Of a stretch of DNA of 34,874 nt, positions 1 to 9,279 are shown one piece after another. The stretch's first letter is position 1; every line of letters begins with the position of its first letter. The stretch covers positions 1 to 34,874 of the forward strand of contig JBEHXL010000025.1 in assembly GCA_048498715.1 (NCBI GenBank), written 5' to 3'. Source of the stretch: Actinomycetota bacterium. Its GTDB lineage: Bacteria; Actinomycetota; Acidimicrobiia; Acidimicrobiales; JACCXE01. The translations under genes were made by a program, and so were the position numbers. The notes beneath the pieces were generated by a model, which did not search any database, had not been told where the DNA came from, and worked only from the letters and a program-made list of their open reading frames with translations.

Positions 1-102
1 GCACCCAAGGACCCCCTCGGCTCCGTATACGCAGCGATCGACGTCGAACGCGGCGTCGTCCAGGGCGCGACGTTTCCTCCTTCACCAGATACGAAAGACT
101 GA
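1..102 (+). CDS. 3' end of an upstream gene (partial, C-terminal 33 codons ending ...PSPDTKD*); product unknown
   Basis: Frame 1 is open from the window edge to TGA at 100-102 and has high GC3 codon usage. No identifiable motif. Confidence 0.25.
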   Translation, partial: APKDPLGSVYAAIDVERGVVQGATFPPSPDTKD

Positions 103-107
103 TATCC

Positions 108-1439
108 GTGCGAACTCGACTTCTCCTCGTAATCGCAGGCGTTATGGGCCTGCTGTTCGCCAACCTCGCGGCGGCCGGGGCGACCTCTGACCCGTTGTGG
201 ACCAAGCAGTACGGCCCGCAGATGATCGGTGCGCCGACGGTCTGGCAAAAGACGATGGGACAGGGCGTGAAGGTCTCGGTGGTCGACTCCGGAGTGGACG
301 TCGATCATCCCGACCTCAAGGCGAACCTGGATCGCGCCGACTCGTACGACTTCGCCTGCAACGACGACAACCCCGACGACGACTCGGTCCTCAAGGACGG
401 CGAAGGCAAGTCCGTGAAGGGCCACGGCACGCACGTGAGCGGCACGATCGCCGCGGTGGCCAACAACGGCGTTGGTGTCGCAGGTGTGGCGCCGAAGGTG
501 ACGCTGATGGTGATGAAGTCCTTCGGCACCGACAACAGCTGTGGTGGCCTGCTGAACCTGTTTGCCTTCAGCCAGGCGATCAGCCGCTCCGTCCAGCGCG
601 GCGCCAAGGTCATCAACTTGTCGGTCTCCGACTTCACGACGGGCAATGACCTGGTCAGCACCATCCGCGACAGCTGCGAGAGTGCGTTCTCGCAGGGTTC
701 GCTCTGCGTCATCGCCGCGGGCAACAGCGGTCAGTCGAAGAGCTCGGGCTACCCGTACGATTTCAACGGCATCATCGTCACTGCGAACGACGCGAACGGT
801 GACCACGCCCAGTTCGGTCAGAAGGCCGACACCAAGTGGGGCGTGTCCGCTCCGGGTGTGGACGTGCTGAACACGTGGCCGATCGACGACACGAGCCACG
901 ACGGCTACAACTCGATCCAAGGCACGTCGATGGCCGCCCCGCACGTCGCCGGCGCGGCGGCGTTGTTGTTCGGGATGGGCATGAACAACCGAGAGGTCGC
1001 CGAGCGGCTGACCAAGACCGCCGGCCCGCCCAAGAACGCCCTCGTCGAAGGCGCCGGCATCATTCATGTCGACCGCGCCGCGGGCTTCGAGTCCTCGCCC
1101 GCAACGACGATCAAGACGCAGACGCCGGGCCAGTCCGTGGGCACCGGCACCAAGGGTGGTCGCGACGGAGCGAGCGGTGGTCAGAAGGCGCTGGCGCCCA
1201 CAACCACGGCCCCCGAAGACATCACCGGCGTCAGTGGCGCAACGGACTTCGAAGAGGGCCTCACCACCGACAACGACAACAGCGTCGAGGCGCTACGTCT
1301 CAAAGAGGCCAGTCGGAACGGGGCGGATAAACCATTCAACGTGGCCGGTCCACTCGTAGGTATTTCTGTCGCAGCGACCGCAATTGCGCTGGCGCTGGGC
1401 ATCCCGCGCCTGCGAACCAAGGACACCCCGCCGCTCTAG
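108..1439 (+). CDS. Subtilisin-like serine peptidase (S8 family) with N-terminal signal peptide and C-terminal transmembrane anchor (mycosin-like architecture)
   Basis: GTG start. Catalytic triad motifs are present: VVDSGVDVDHPDL (Asp), GHGTHVSGTIAA (His), GTSMAAPHVAGAAALL (Ser), plus oxyanion Asn in AAGNSG. Hydrophobic N-terminus LLLVIAGVMGLLFANLAAAGA. C-terminal TM segment GPLVGISVAATAIALALGIP followed by RLRTKD. Confidence 0.85.
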   Translation: MRTRLLLVIAGVMGLLFANLAAAGATSDPLWTKQYGPQMIGAPTVWQKTMGQGVKVSVVDSGVDVDHPDLKANLDRADSYDFACNDDNPDDDSVLKDGEGKSVKGHGTHVSGTIAAVANNGVGVAGVAPKVTLMVMKSFGTDNSCGGLLNLFAFSQAISRSVQRGAKVINLSVSDFTTGNDLVSTIRDSCESAFSQGSLCVIAAGNSGQSKSSGYPYDFNGIIVTANDANGDHAQFGQKADTKWGVSAPGVDVLNTWPIDDTSHDGYNSIQGTSMAAPHVAGAAALLFGMGMNNREVAERLTKTAGPPKNALVEGAGIIHVDRAAGFESSPATTIKTQTPGQSVGTGTKGGRDGASGGQKALAPTTTAPEDITGVSGATDFEEGLTTDNDNSVEALRLKEASRNGADKPFNVAGPLVGISVAATAIALALGIPRLRTKDTPPL

Positions 1440-1455
1440 CCAACGGCACGTTTGA

Positions 1456-2895
1456 ATGGTCGAAAAACGACGGCCATTCGCCACTTCTACACTCGCTCCC
1501 ATGCTTGAGCCTGGGGTCGTACAGAAGGTGTTGGGGACTGCGCTGCGCAGCGGCGGTGACTGGGCGGAGGTCTTCGTCGAAGACCGCTCGACGTCATCGG
1601 GTCGCTTCGACGACGGTCGCATCGAGGAGCTTTCGTCGTTGCGCGATCGCGGCGCCGGCATTCGCGTCGTCGTCGGCGAGACCACGGGTTTCGCCCACAC
1701 GGCCGACCTGACAGAGAACGGCCTTCGCCTGGCTGCGGAGGCCGCGTCGGCGGTCGCCCGTCAGGGTGGCGGCGGCGTGCGGGAGGTGGCGTTGACCAAG
1801 CAGAGCCAGCCGCAGATCAACGACATCAAGGTCCTGCCTGAGACGATCGCCAAGGCCGACAAGGTCGAGATGCTGAAGCGAGCGAACGCGGCGGCCCGTG
1901 GCGTCGGCGGCGCGATCACGCAGGTGACGGCTCGGTACGGTGATCAGCGCCGTCGCATCCTCGTCGCCAACAGCGACGGCCTGCTCGCCAGCGATGATCA
2001 GGTGCGCACCAACTGCAGCGTGATCGCCGTCGCTTCTGGTGACACCGGCATGCAGACGGGCTATCGGTCCAATGGCTTCACGATGGGCTGGGAGTTGTTC
2101 GACACCGTCGACTTCGAAGAGATGGCGCGACAGGCCGCGGAAAGCGCCATCACCAAGCTGAAGGCGCGTCCGGCCCCGTCGGGCGCAATGCCCGTCGTGC
2201 TGGCCAAGGGCAGCGGTGGTGTCATGTTCCACGAGGCGTGCGGCCACGGCCTCGAGGCCGACGCGGTGCAGAAGAACACCACGGTCTACGCCGGCCGCGT
2301 CGGTGAACTCGTCGCCTCGCCGCTCATCACGCTCGTCGACGACGGCACCATGGGCCCGGAATGGGGCAGCTTCTCCATCGACGACGAAGGTCGTCCCGCG
2401 ACCTACAACGTATTGATCGAGGACGGCGTCCTCACCGATTACATGTGGGACTTCATGCGGGCCCGCAAGGCCGGTCGGGCGACGAGTTCAGGCAACGGGC
2501 GTCGCCAGTCCTACGAGCACCTGCCGATGGTCCGCATGACCAACACCTACGTGCTCGCCGGCGAGTCCGATCCCGAAGAGATCGTTCGTCAGACGCCCCA
2601 CGGTGTTTATGTGGCGCACCTCGGTGGCGGCCAGGTCAACACGGCCAACGGCGACTTCGTGTTCGGCATGGAGGAGGCATACCTCATCGAGAACGGTGAG
2701 ATCACCGAACCGTTGCGGGAGGCGAACCTCATCGGCAACGGCCCCGAGGTGCTCAAGAACATCGATGCGATCGGCAACGACTTCGCGATGGGCAGCCCCG
2801 GCATGTGCGGCAAGCAGGGTCAGGGCGTCCCGGTCGGTGACGGCCAGCCGACGCTGCGCGTCACGTCGATGACGATCGGCGGTACCGCGTCGTGA
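1456..2895 (+). CDS. tldD: Metalloprotease TldD
   Basis: HEACGHGLEAD (HExxxH) motif and TldD/PmbA family fold signature. Typical size. Immediately followed by, and overlapping, pmbA. The true start may be an internal Met (MLEPGVV...). Confidence 0.85.
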   Translation: MVEKRRPFATSTLAPMLEPGVVQKVLGTALRSGGDWAEVFVEDRSTSSGRFDDGRIEELSSLRDRGAGIRVVVGETTGFAHTADLTENGLRLAAEAASAVARQGGGGVREVALTKQSQPQINDIKVLPETIAKADKVEMLKRANAAARGVGGAITQVTARYGDQRRRILVANSDGLLASDDQVRTNCSVIAVASGDTGMQTGYRSNGFTMGWELFDTVDFEEMARQAAESAITKLKARPAPSGAMPVVLAKGSGGVMFHEACGHGLEADAVQKNTTVYAGRVGELVASPLITLVDDGTMGPEWGSFSIDDEGRPATYNVLIEDGVLTDYMWDFMRARKAGRATSSGNGRRQSYEHLPMVRMTNTYVLAGESDPEEIVRQTPHGVYVAHLGGGQVNTANGDFVFGMEEAYLIENGEITEPLREANLIGNGPEVLKNIDAIGNDFAMGSPGMCGKQGQGVPVGDGQPTLRVTSMTIGGTAS

Positions 2896-4229
2896 GTGAA
2901 CTGCTCGAACTCGCCGAAAAGATCGTCGGCTGGGCGAACGACAACGAACAGGTCGAGGCGTACGTGTCGCGGGGCAACTCCACGAGCGTGCGCGTCTACA
3001 ACGCCGAGATCGAGTCGTTCTCCTCGGCGCAGGAGGAAGGCGTCGGTATCCGCGTCATCGTCGACGGCCGCCAGGGCTTCGCGTACGCGGGCTCACTCGA
3101 CCTCGAAGTGCTGCAGGAAACACTGAGCGAGGCGCGCGACAACGCCGGGTTCGCCGAGCGCGACGAGTTCGTCATGCTCGCCGAGCCCGACGGCGTTCCG
3201 TTCGCGGACATCGACCTGTTCAACCCGGCGCTCCTCGACGTGCCGACCGAGAAGAAGATCGACCTCGCCTTCGAGCTCGAGAAGAAACTGCTCGCGGCCG
3301 ATGCGCGCATCACGACGGTGCCCATGGCGCTCTACGGCGACGACTGGGGCGAGGTTGCGCTTGCCTCGACCACCGGCATTCGCGCCTGGCAGCAGGGCAA
3401 CGACGCGGCGCTGTCGACGTATTGCCTCGCGATGGACAACGGCGACACGCAGACCGGGTTCGGCTACTCCGTCGCTCGCGACTTCGACGCGCTCGACATC
3501 GACAAGGCGGTCTCCGATGCGGCGCGGCGGGCCACGCAACTGCTCGGCGCAACCAAGCCCAAGAGCCGCCGGTTGCCGGTCATCCTCGACCCCTACGTCG
3601 CGGCGCAGTTCCTCGGCGTGATCGCCGGGCCACTCAGCGGCGACATGGTCATCAAGGGTCGCTCGGTGTTCGCAGACCGAGTTGGTGAGGCGGTCGCGAG
3701 CCCGCTCGTCACGCTCGTGTCCGATCCGACGAACAAGGATTCCCTCGCCGCCAACAAGATGGACGGCGAAGGCCTCGCCAGCCGTCGCGTGCCGCTCATC
3801 GACAAGGGCACCCTCACCGGCTTCGCACACAACAGCTACACCGCGCGTCGCTACGGAACGCAGTCGACGGCCTCGGCCGTGCGCAGCCTGAAGACAACGC
3901 CGAGCGTCAGCTGTCGTGCGATTGCGCTCGAGCCGGGCACCAAGACCCAGGACGAGCTCATGGCCGAACTCGGCGAAGGCGTCATCATCAAGTCCGTCAG
4001 CGGTCTGCATTCGGGGGTCAACCCGGTCTCCGGTGACTTCTCGACCGGAGCCGACGGCCTGATGTTCCGCAACGGCCAGGTGGCCGAACCGGTGCGTGAG
4101 TTTACGATCGCATCGACGCTGCAGCGCATGCTCAGCGATGTCACCGCGATCGGTGGCGATATCGAGGAGTTGCCCTCGGGTATCTATTCGAGCGTCGCCA
4201 TCGGCGACGTAAGCGTCAGCGGTTCCTGA
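2892..4229 (+). CDS. pmbA: TldD/PmbA-family protease partner PmbA (TldE)
   Basis: GTG start overlaps the tldD stop (GTGA). PmbA/TldE-like sequence throughout, with no HExxxH motif, as expected for the TldE partner. Confidence 0.8.
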   Translation: MSELLELAEKIVGWANDNEQVEAYVSRGNSTSVRVYNAEIESFSSAQEEGVGIRVIVDGRQGFAYAGSLDLEVLQETLSEARDNAGFAERDEFVMLAEPDGVPFADIDLFNPALLDVPTEKKIDLAFELEKKLLAADARITTVPMALYGDDWGEVALASTTGIRAWQQGNDAALSTYCLAMDNGDTQTGFGYSVARDFDALDIDKAVSDAARRATQLLGATKPKSRRLPVILDPYVAAQFLGVIAGPLSGDMVIKGRSVFADRVGEAVASPLVTLVSDPTNKDSLAANKMDGEGLASRRVPLIDKGTLTGFAHNSYTARRYGTQSTASAVRSLKTTPSVSCRAIALEPGTKTQDELMAELGEGVIIKSVSGLHSGVNPVSGDFSTGADGLMFRNGQVAEPVREFTIASTLQRMLSDVTAIGGDIEELPSGIYSSVAIGDVSVSGS

Positions 4230-5336
4230 TCAGGCTTTGCGCGCCACGTAGTACACGTTCATCGGATCTTCGGGCACGTTGTAGGTGTCGACGTGCCCGA
4301 AGCCGGCGGCGTTGAGCATCTCGTTCGCGAGCTCCTGACCCCACATCGTGCCGAGTCCTTCGCCGTCGAGGGCGAGTGACACCGTCATGCAGTGGAACGT
4401 CGAGATCGAATAGAACGCGGGCGCCATCGGGTGCGCCATGTTGTTCTCGACGTGACTCGAGCCGGCGATGTCGACGCACAAGAACACGCCGTCGTCGCGC
4501 AGCGCGTCGGAGATGTTCTGCAACACGACCGCAGGCTTGGCCTGGTCGTGGATGGCGTCGAACACCGTGATGAAGTCGAACGCGTTCGTGAGGTCGAGCT
4601 TCGCCGCGTCCTGTACTGCGAAGGTCGTGTTGGTCAGACCGAGCGCTTTCGCTTCAGCCGTCGCGGCCGCGATGCCTTCTTCGGAGAAATCGAAACCGGT
4701 GAACCGGCTGTTCGGGAACTCCTTCGCCATCAGGTTGATCGCATGGCCCTGTCCGCAGCCGAGGTCGCAGACGTCGATGCCCGCGCGCAGGCGGTCGGTG
4801 ATGCCGTCGACAAGCAAGAGCGTGCCGTTGATCAACGCTGCGTCGTTCACCTGGGCACTGAGTCCGGCCATCAGGCTTTGGAACTTCGGGTATTCGCTGT
4901 ACGGCACACCGCCGCCGTTGCGGAATGACTCGACGATCTGATCCTCGACTTGGCCCATCGGCGCGATGAACTCCGCCATCGTCGCGAGGTTGCCGGGTCC
5001 GGCCGCTCGGGTCAGTGACGCGGCGTGCTCGGGCGGCAAAACGTAGGTCTGATTGGTCGGGTCGTAGATCACGATCCCACCGACGGTCATCGCGTTGAGC
5101 CACTCGCGCACGTACCGCTCGTTCAACTGCGCCTTCCCGGCGACTTCCTTGCTGGTCAGCGGACCGTTCACACCCATCGTGTCGAACAATTCCGTGCGGT
5201 GACCGACGCTGATCATCAGACCGAGCAGCGCGTCGTTGAGAAGTCCTACGATCCGTCCACCGAACTCCTCCGCGCGGGCGAGGTCGAGTTCCTGTACTGG
5301 CATGGGGCACCCCCTTGTTGGTTGATGTGCAGTCAT
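4230..5336 (-). CDS. Class I SAM-dependent methyltransferase with N-terminal winged-helix/dimerisation-like domain
   Basis: SAM-binding motif I VCDLGCGQGHAINLMA and a Rossmann-like downstream region. Convergent with pmbA with zero spacing (TGATCA). Confidence 0.7.
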   Translation of the reverse strand: MTAHQPTRGCPMPVQELDLARAEEFGGRIVGLLNDALLGLMISVGHRTELFDTMGVNGPLTSKEVAGKAQLNERYVREWLNAMTVGGIVIYDPTNQTYVLPPEHAASLTRAAGPGNLATMAEFIAPMGQVEDQIVESFRNGGGVPYSEYPKFQSLMAGLSAQVNDAALINGTLLLVDGITDRLRAGIDVCDLGCGQGHAINLMAKEFPNSRFTGFDFSEEGIAAATAEAKALGLTNTTFAVQDAAKLDLTNAFDFITVFDAIHDQAKPAVVLQNISDALRDDGVFLCVDIAGSSHVENNMAHPMAPAFYSISTFHCMTVSLALDGEGLGTMWGQELANEMLNAAGFGHVDTYNVPEDPMNVYYVARKA

Positions 5337-5371
5337 GCTCAGTGTGCGCCGCGTTACGCGAGAATCAACCG

Positions 5372-6037
5372 GTGCGGATCGACGGCCACACCCACACCAT
5401 GTGGTCGGGCGACGCGACCACCACGCCCGACGAACTGATCGCCGCGCTGCCCACCTCGGGCGTGGACGTGTTGTGCATCACCGATCACAACACCGTCGAC
5501 GGTGCGTTGCGGTTGGCCGCGTCGGGTGAGCTCGGTATCCCGGTCATCGTCGGCGAGGAGGTCAAGACCAGCGAAGGCGAACTGATCGGCCTGTTTCTCA
5601 CCGAGCGGATCCCGTTCGGCCTCAAGCCGCACGAGGCGGTTGCCGCGATCCGCCAACAGGGTGGCGTGGTCTACGTCCCGCATCCCTTCGACGAGATGCG
5701 GCACTGCATGAAGCCCGATGCGCTTTACGGCCTCGCGCGCGACGGCGGTCTCGACGTGATCGAGACGATGAATGCGAAGACCTCGTTGGCGTCCCTCAAC
5801 GCGAAAGCCGACGCCTTTGCGGACGAGTTCGGCCTTCTGAAGGCAGGCGGCTCTGACGCTCACGTTCCCGCCGCCTTGGGAGCCGCGTGGACCGAGGTGG
5901 ACGACGACGCCGACGTGTCGACAGCAGCGGGATACCTCGAAGCCCTGACCCGGGAAACGACGAGCGTCGGCGGTAGGTTTTTCGATCCGCCGCGGGCCTG
6001 GGTTCCGCGCATTGTCCCGTCGACGAAGAGTCTTTGA
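5372..6037 (+). CDS. PHP-domain phosphoesterase (histidinol-phosphatase-like family)
   Basis: IDGHTHTMWSGD...VLCITDHNTVDG metal-binding His motifs. The ORF-track start (TTG 5315) would overlap the divergent methyltransferase start, so GTG 5372 (VRIDGHTHT) is the likelier start. The stop overlaps the uppP start. Confidence 0.7.
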   Translation: MRIDGHTHTMWSGDATTTPDELIAALPTSGVDVLCITDHNTVDGALRLAASGELGIPVIVGEEVKTSEGELIGLFLTERIPFGLKPHEAVAAIRQQGGVVYVPHPFDEMRHCMKPDALYGLARDGGLDVIETMNAKTSLASLNAKADAFADEFGLLKAGGSDAHVPAALGAAWTEVDDDADVSTAAGYLEALTRETTSVGGRFFDPPRAWVPRIVPSTKSL

Positions 6038-6837
6038 TGCCCATCCTCCACGCCATCGTCCTGGGCATCGTTCAGGGCCTCACCGAGTTCCTGCCGATCT
6101 CATCGTCGGGTCACCTGGCGATTGTGCCCTGGTTGTTCAAGTGGACCGAGCTGACCCACGACGACAAGCTCAACCAGACCTTCGACGTCGCCCTGCACCT
6201 CGGCACGTTCGTCGGAGCCGTCGCCTATTTCTGGAAAGACATCTGGGGCATCGTTTCCAACAAGGCTCGCCACAAACTGGGCTTGTTGCTCATCGTGGCC
6301 ACGATCCCGGCCGGGCTGGCCGGTCTGCTCTTCGAGGACGCGCTGGCCGATGCGAAGCCAATGCTGATCGGCGTGATGCTGATCGCGTTCGGGTTGGTGC
6401 TGTTCTATGCCGACCGGCGCGTGTCGACCCGCGGCGCGGAAATGGGCGACGAGCCTTTCGGGATGCGCGACGCCTTGATCATCGGCTTTGCCCAGGTGCT
6501 TGCCCTCGAACCGGGCGTCTCCCGGTCGGGCATCACGATCACGGCCGGCCGCATGCTCGGCTTCGACCGCGAATCGGCGGCCCGTATCTCGTTCCTGATG
6601 GCCCTGCTGGTTGTGGGCGGTGCCGGTGCGTTCAAGGCGCTCGACGTGTTCACCAGCGGTGGCCTCGCCCCCGGCCTCGCCGCGCCCTTTGCTTGGGGCA
6701 TGCTCGCCAGCGGTCTGACGGGAGCGCTCGCCGTCTGGGGACTCTTGAAGCTCGTGAAGACGCAGACCTTTCTGCCCTTCGTCGTGTACCGAGTGATCGC
6801 CGGCGTGGTGATCATCGGCATCGCTCTCGCTCGCTAG
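6037..6837 (+). CDS. uppP: Undecaprenyl-diphosphate phosphatase
   Basis: FLPISSSGHL and SRSGITI signature regions. 8 predicted TM helices. ATG at 6037 overlaps the PHP stop (TGATG). Confidence 0.85.
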   Translation: MPILHAIVLGIVQGLTEFLPISSSGHLAIVPWLFKWTELTHDDKLNQTFDVALHLGTFVGAVAYFWKDIWGIVSNKARHKLGLLLIVATIPAGLAGLLFEDALADAKPMLIGVMLIAFGLVLFYADRRVSTRGAEMGDEPFGMRDALIIGFAQVLALEPGVSRSGITITAGRMLGFDRESAARISFLMALLVVGGAGAFKALDVFTSGGLAPGLAAPFAWGMLASGLTGALAVWGLLKLVKTQTFLPFVVYRVIAGVVIIGIALAR

Positions 6838-7493
6838 TCGCCGCGTAGCGATACGGTCACTGCGGCGCGGGCCAACGCAAAGGCGAGGCGAGGCGCCTCA
6901 CGCGTCGTCACCGACAGCGTGATCGTGCGTGACGACACGGCCAGTACCGAAGCATTCGTCGCGACGGCAAAGCTGGGCGCAGTGCTCGGGGCTTCCTCCA
7001 CGCTGTCGCCGACGTCGAACGTCGCGAGGATGTCAACGCGATCGCCAGCGTGCAGCGAAGGCATCGACTCGTCGTTCTTCATCGCTATGGCCCGACGACC
7101 GTTGTCCACCATCGCAGCAACGCCGACCGCACCGCTGCGTGACAGCCTGTCGCGCAGCACCACCTCGCCCACGGAAAGTTCGACTCGTGCTGCCTGGCCC
7201 ACCGGCGACCGGCCGGCGTCCAGTGCGCCGACAGGCACCAGTCGTTTCGGACGGCGGGCCAGCGACATGTCGTCCACGCCGATGACCGTGCCCGCAGCGA
7301 CGTGATGGCGCACCACCCAGACCTGCCGGGACGAGCCCCATCCGTCGGCGGCGCGCGTCGCGCGACTGATGTTGGCGGTCATCATTGACGTCGTCGTTGC
7401 GCCCAGCACGAGGGCGGCGGCCCACCAGACGACGCTCGAACGACGCAGGACTCGACGGAACTTGCTGCGCGGCTTCCACTGCCGTTGCTTCAT
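6834..7493 (-). CDS. CpaB/RcpC-like protein (SAF domain plus RcpC beta-domain), Flp-pilus-assembly family, orphan
   Basis: N-terminal TM segment (VVWWAAALVLGATTT). SAF-like region (VVRHHVAAGTVIGVDDM). C-terminal RcpC-like region (GRRAIAMKND...AGDRVDILATFD...ASVLAVSSRTITLSVTTREAPRLAFALARAAVTVSLRG). Good SD (GAGAGGGA) 5 nt upstream of ATG 7493. Stop overlaps the uppP stop (CTAG). Confidence 0.6.
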   Translation of the reverse strand: MKQRQWKPRSKFRRVLRRSSVVWWAAALVLGATTTSMMTANISRATRAADGWGSSRQVWVVRHHVAAGTVIGVDDMSLARRPKRLVPVGALDAGRSPVGQAARVELSVGEVVLRDRLSRSGAVGVAAMVDNGRRAIAMKNDESMPSLHAGDRVDILATFDVGDSVEEAPSTAPSFAVATNASVLAVSSRTITLSVTTREAPRLAFALARAAVTVSLRGD

Positions 7494-7543
7494 GACAATC
7501 CCTCTCAGCGAGGAGCGATGAGAGGGGAGTGGGTGAGGCGACG

Positions 7544-8344
7544 TTAGGGGCGGGCGAGGTGTGGGGCAAGACCCTCATGGCACCGGCATGTACGTGCCGA
7601 AGAAGCGCCGAGCGCCGTGATGGCATCGGTCAACACATCACGCACGTTGGCGACGTTGGCGCGCAGCACCGCCAGGACCGACTCCATGCCGACCGCTTCG
7701 ATCTCGGGTGCGTGGTCGACGCCGGTGTCGTAGTCGGTCACCAGCGCAAGGCCGCCGAAACAAAGACCCAATTCTCGGGCCAACGCCGCCTCGGGATACT
7801 GGGTCATGTTGATCACGTCCCAGCCCTGTGCCCGGTAGGACGCGCTCTCGGCGCGGGTGGAGAACCGCGGGCCCTTGATGACGACAACGGTGCCGTCGAC
7901 ATGGGTCGGGATGCCACGACCGCGTGATGCGGTGGCCAACGCGTCGCCGAGCGTCGGGCAGTAGGGATCGGCAAAGCCGACGTGGTGCAGGTCGGGCCCG
8001 TCGCAGTACGTGTCGTCACGACCCCAGGTTCGGTCGACGAGCTGGCTCAGCACCACGAACTCGCCGGGATGAAGGTCGGCGCGTAACGAGCCGACCGCAC
8101 ACGGCGCGAGCACACGGGTGACGCCCGCTTCCCGCAGCGCCCAGATGTTCGCCCGGTAGTTGACTCGGTGCGCCGGGAACTCGTGGTCGAGTCCGTGCCG
8201 AGCGAGGAACACGACAGGGTTGCCGGCGATCTGGCCGACGATGAGCGGGGCTGACGGGTCGCCGTACGGCGTGGTTACCCGCTGCTCCTCGGCGCCGGTC
8301 AGGAATTCGTAAAAGCCTGAGCCGCCGAGGACTCCGATCGTCAC
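7544..8344 (-). CDS. mtnP: S-methyl-5'-thioadenosine phosphorylase (PNP/MTAP family)
   Basis: Strong similarity to MTAP along its length: IGVLGGSGFY, VNYRANIWALREAG, GPRFSTRAESASYRAQGWDVINMT, ALVTDYD. GTG start overlaps the fmdB stop (GTGA). Confidence 0.8.
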   Translation of the reverse strand: MTIGVLGGSGFYEFLTGAEEQRVTTPYGDPSAPLIVGQIAGNPVVFLARHGLDHEFPAHRVNYRANIWALREAGVTRVLAPCAVGSLRADLHPGEFVVLSQLVDRTWGRDDTYCDGPDLHHVGFADPYCPTLGDALATASRGRGIPTHVDGTVVVIKGPRFSTRAESASYRAQGWDVINMTQYPEAALARELGLCFGGLALVTDYDTGVDHAPEIEAVGMESVLAVLRANVANVRDVLTDAITALGASSARTCRCHEGLAPHLARP

Positions 8345-8628
8345 GACGAAGTCGTCGAAGAAGAGGTGTCGGACTTGGTCTCGGTCTTCTTCTCGGTTTT
8401 GGTCTCCGACGAGCTGCTCGAAGACGACGAGGACGAAGACGAGCCACTCGAGGAACGGCTGTCGTTCTTGTAGAAGCCGCTGCCCTTGAACGAGATGCCT
8501 ACGGCCCCGAACACCTTCTTGACCGAGCCGCCGCAGCCCTTGTGCTTCTTGAGGGGCTCATCGGTGAACGACTGAACGACGTCGAAGCGCTCACCACACT
8601 TCTTGCACTCGTACTCGTAGGTAGGCAT
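8341..8628 (-). CDS. FmdB-family zinc-ribbon protein with poly-Ser/Thr/Lys C-terminal tail
   Basis: MPTYEYECKKCGERFD...HKGCGG (CxxC...CxxC FmdB ribbon). Tail SSSGSSSSSSSSSSSSETKTEKKTETKSDTSSSTTSS is encoded by a TCN trinucleotide-rich tract (8395-8450). Confidence 0.75.
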   Translation of the reverse strand: MPTYEYECKKCGERFDVVQSFTDEPLKKHKGCGGSVKKVFGAVGISFKGSGFYKNDSRSSSGSSSSSSSSSSSSETKTEKKTETKSDTSSSTTSS

Positions 8629-8691
8629 GACGGAGCAAATTTACAGGTCGTTCACGTGCTTTCCGTAACCGGCCTCCTAAGGTGACGACCC

Positions 8692-9279
8692 GTGATTGCC
8701 GCCGTCATCCTCGTGCTCGTCGCGTATGCGCTCGGCACGTTCCCGACCGGCGTGCTCGTCGCCCAGCGCCAGGGCCACGACCTGTTCGACGAAGGTTCCG
8801 GCAACCCCGGGGCGTCCAACGTGTGGCGTGTCGCCGGTTTTCGAGCGGGCGCGGTCGTACTGATCGGCGACGCGCTCAAGGGCGTCGCTGCGGCGGGTGC
8901 CGGGTATCTGGTCGACGGGCGGGACCTCGCGCTCATCTGCGGCCTCGCCGCCGTGATCGGTCACTGCTTTCCAATCCAGCGCTGGGGGAAAGGCGGCAAG
9001 GGTGTGGCTGCAGCCGGTGGCATGGCGCTTGTGCTGTTCCCCTTGATGGTGCTCGGCCTGACCGCGGCATGGTTCCTCATCGCCCGCGTGCTCAACAAGG
9101 CGTCGCTCGGCTCGCTGATCGTCGCCCTTGCGGCGCCCGTCATCGTGGCGCTGATGGGCCGGCCGGGCATCGAAGTCGGTCTGGTCGCCGTGACCTGTGT
9201 GTTGGTGATCGCTCGTCACCACAGCAACATCCGGCGTCTCCTGAAGGGCGAAGAGTCCTCGTTACGATCGCCGGCGTGA
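8692..9279 (+). CDS. plsY: Glycerol-3-phosphate acyltransferase PlsY
   Basis: GSGNPGASN motif and multi-TM PlsY layout. GTG start with AAGGTGA SD 6 nt upstream. Confidence 0.85.
   Translation: MIAAVILVLVAYALGTFPTGVLVAQRQGHDLFDEGSGNPGASNVWRVAGFRAGAVVLIGDALKGVAAAGAGYLVDGRDLALICGLAAVIGHCFPIQRWGKGGKGVAAAGGMALVLFPLMVLGLTAAWFLIARVLNKASLGSLIVALAAPVIVALMGRPGIEVGLVAVTCVLVIARHHSNIRRLLKGEESSLRSPA

Noticed and set aside
4230-5336. O-methyltransferase of a natural-product cluster
   Set aside because: Neighbouring genes (tldD/pmbA, PHP, uppP) are housekeeping. There is no PKS/NRPS or tailoring context. Kept as a generic class I methyltransferase.
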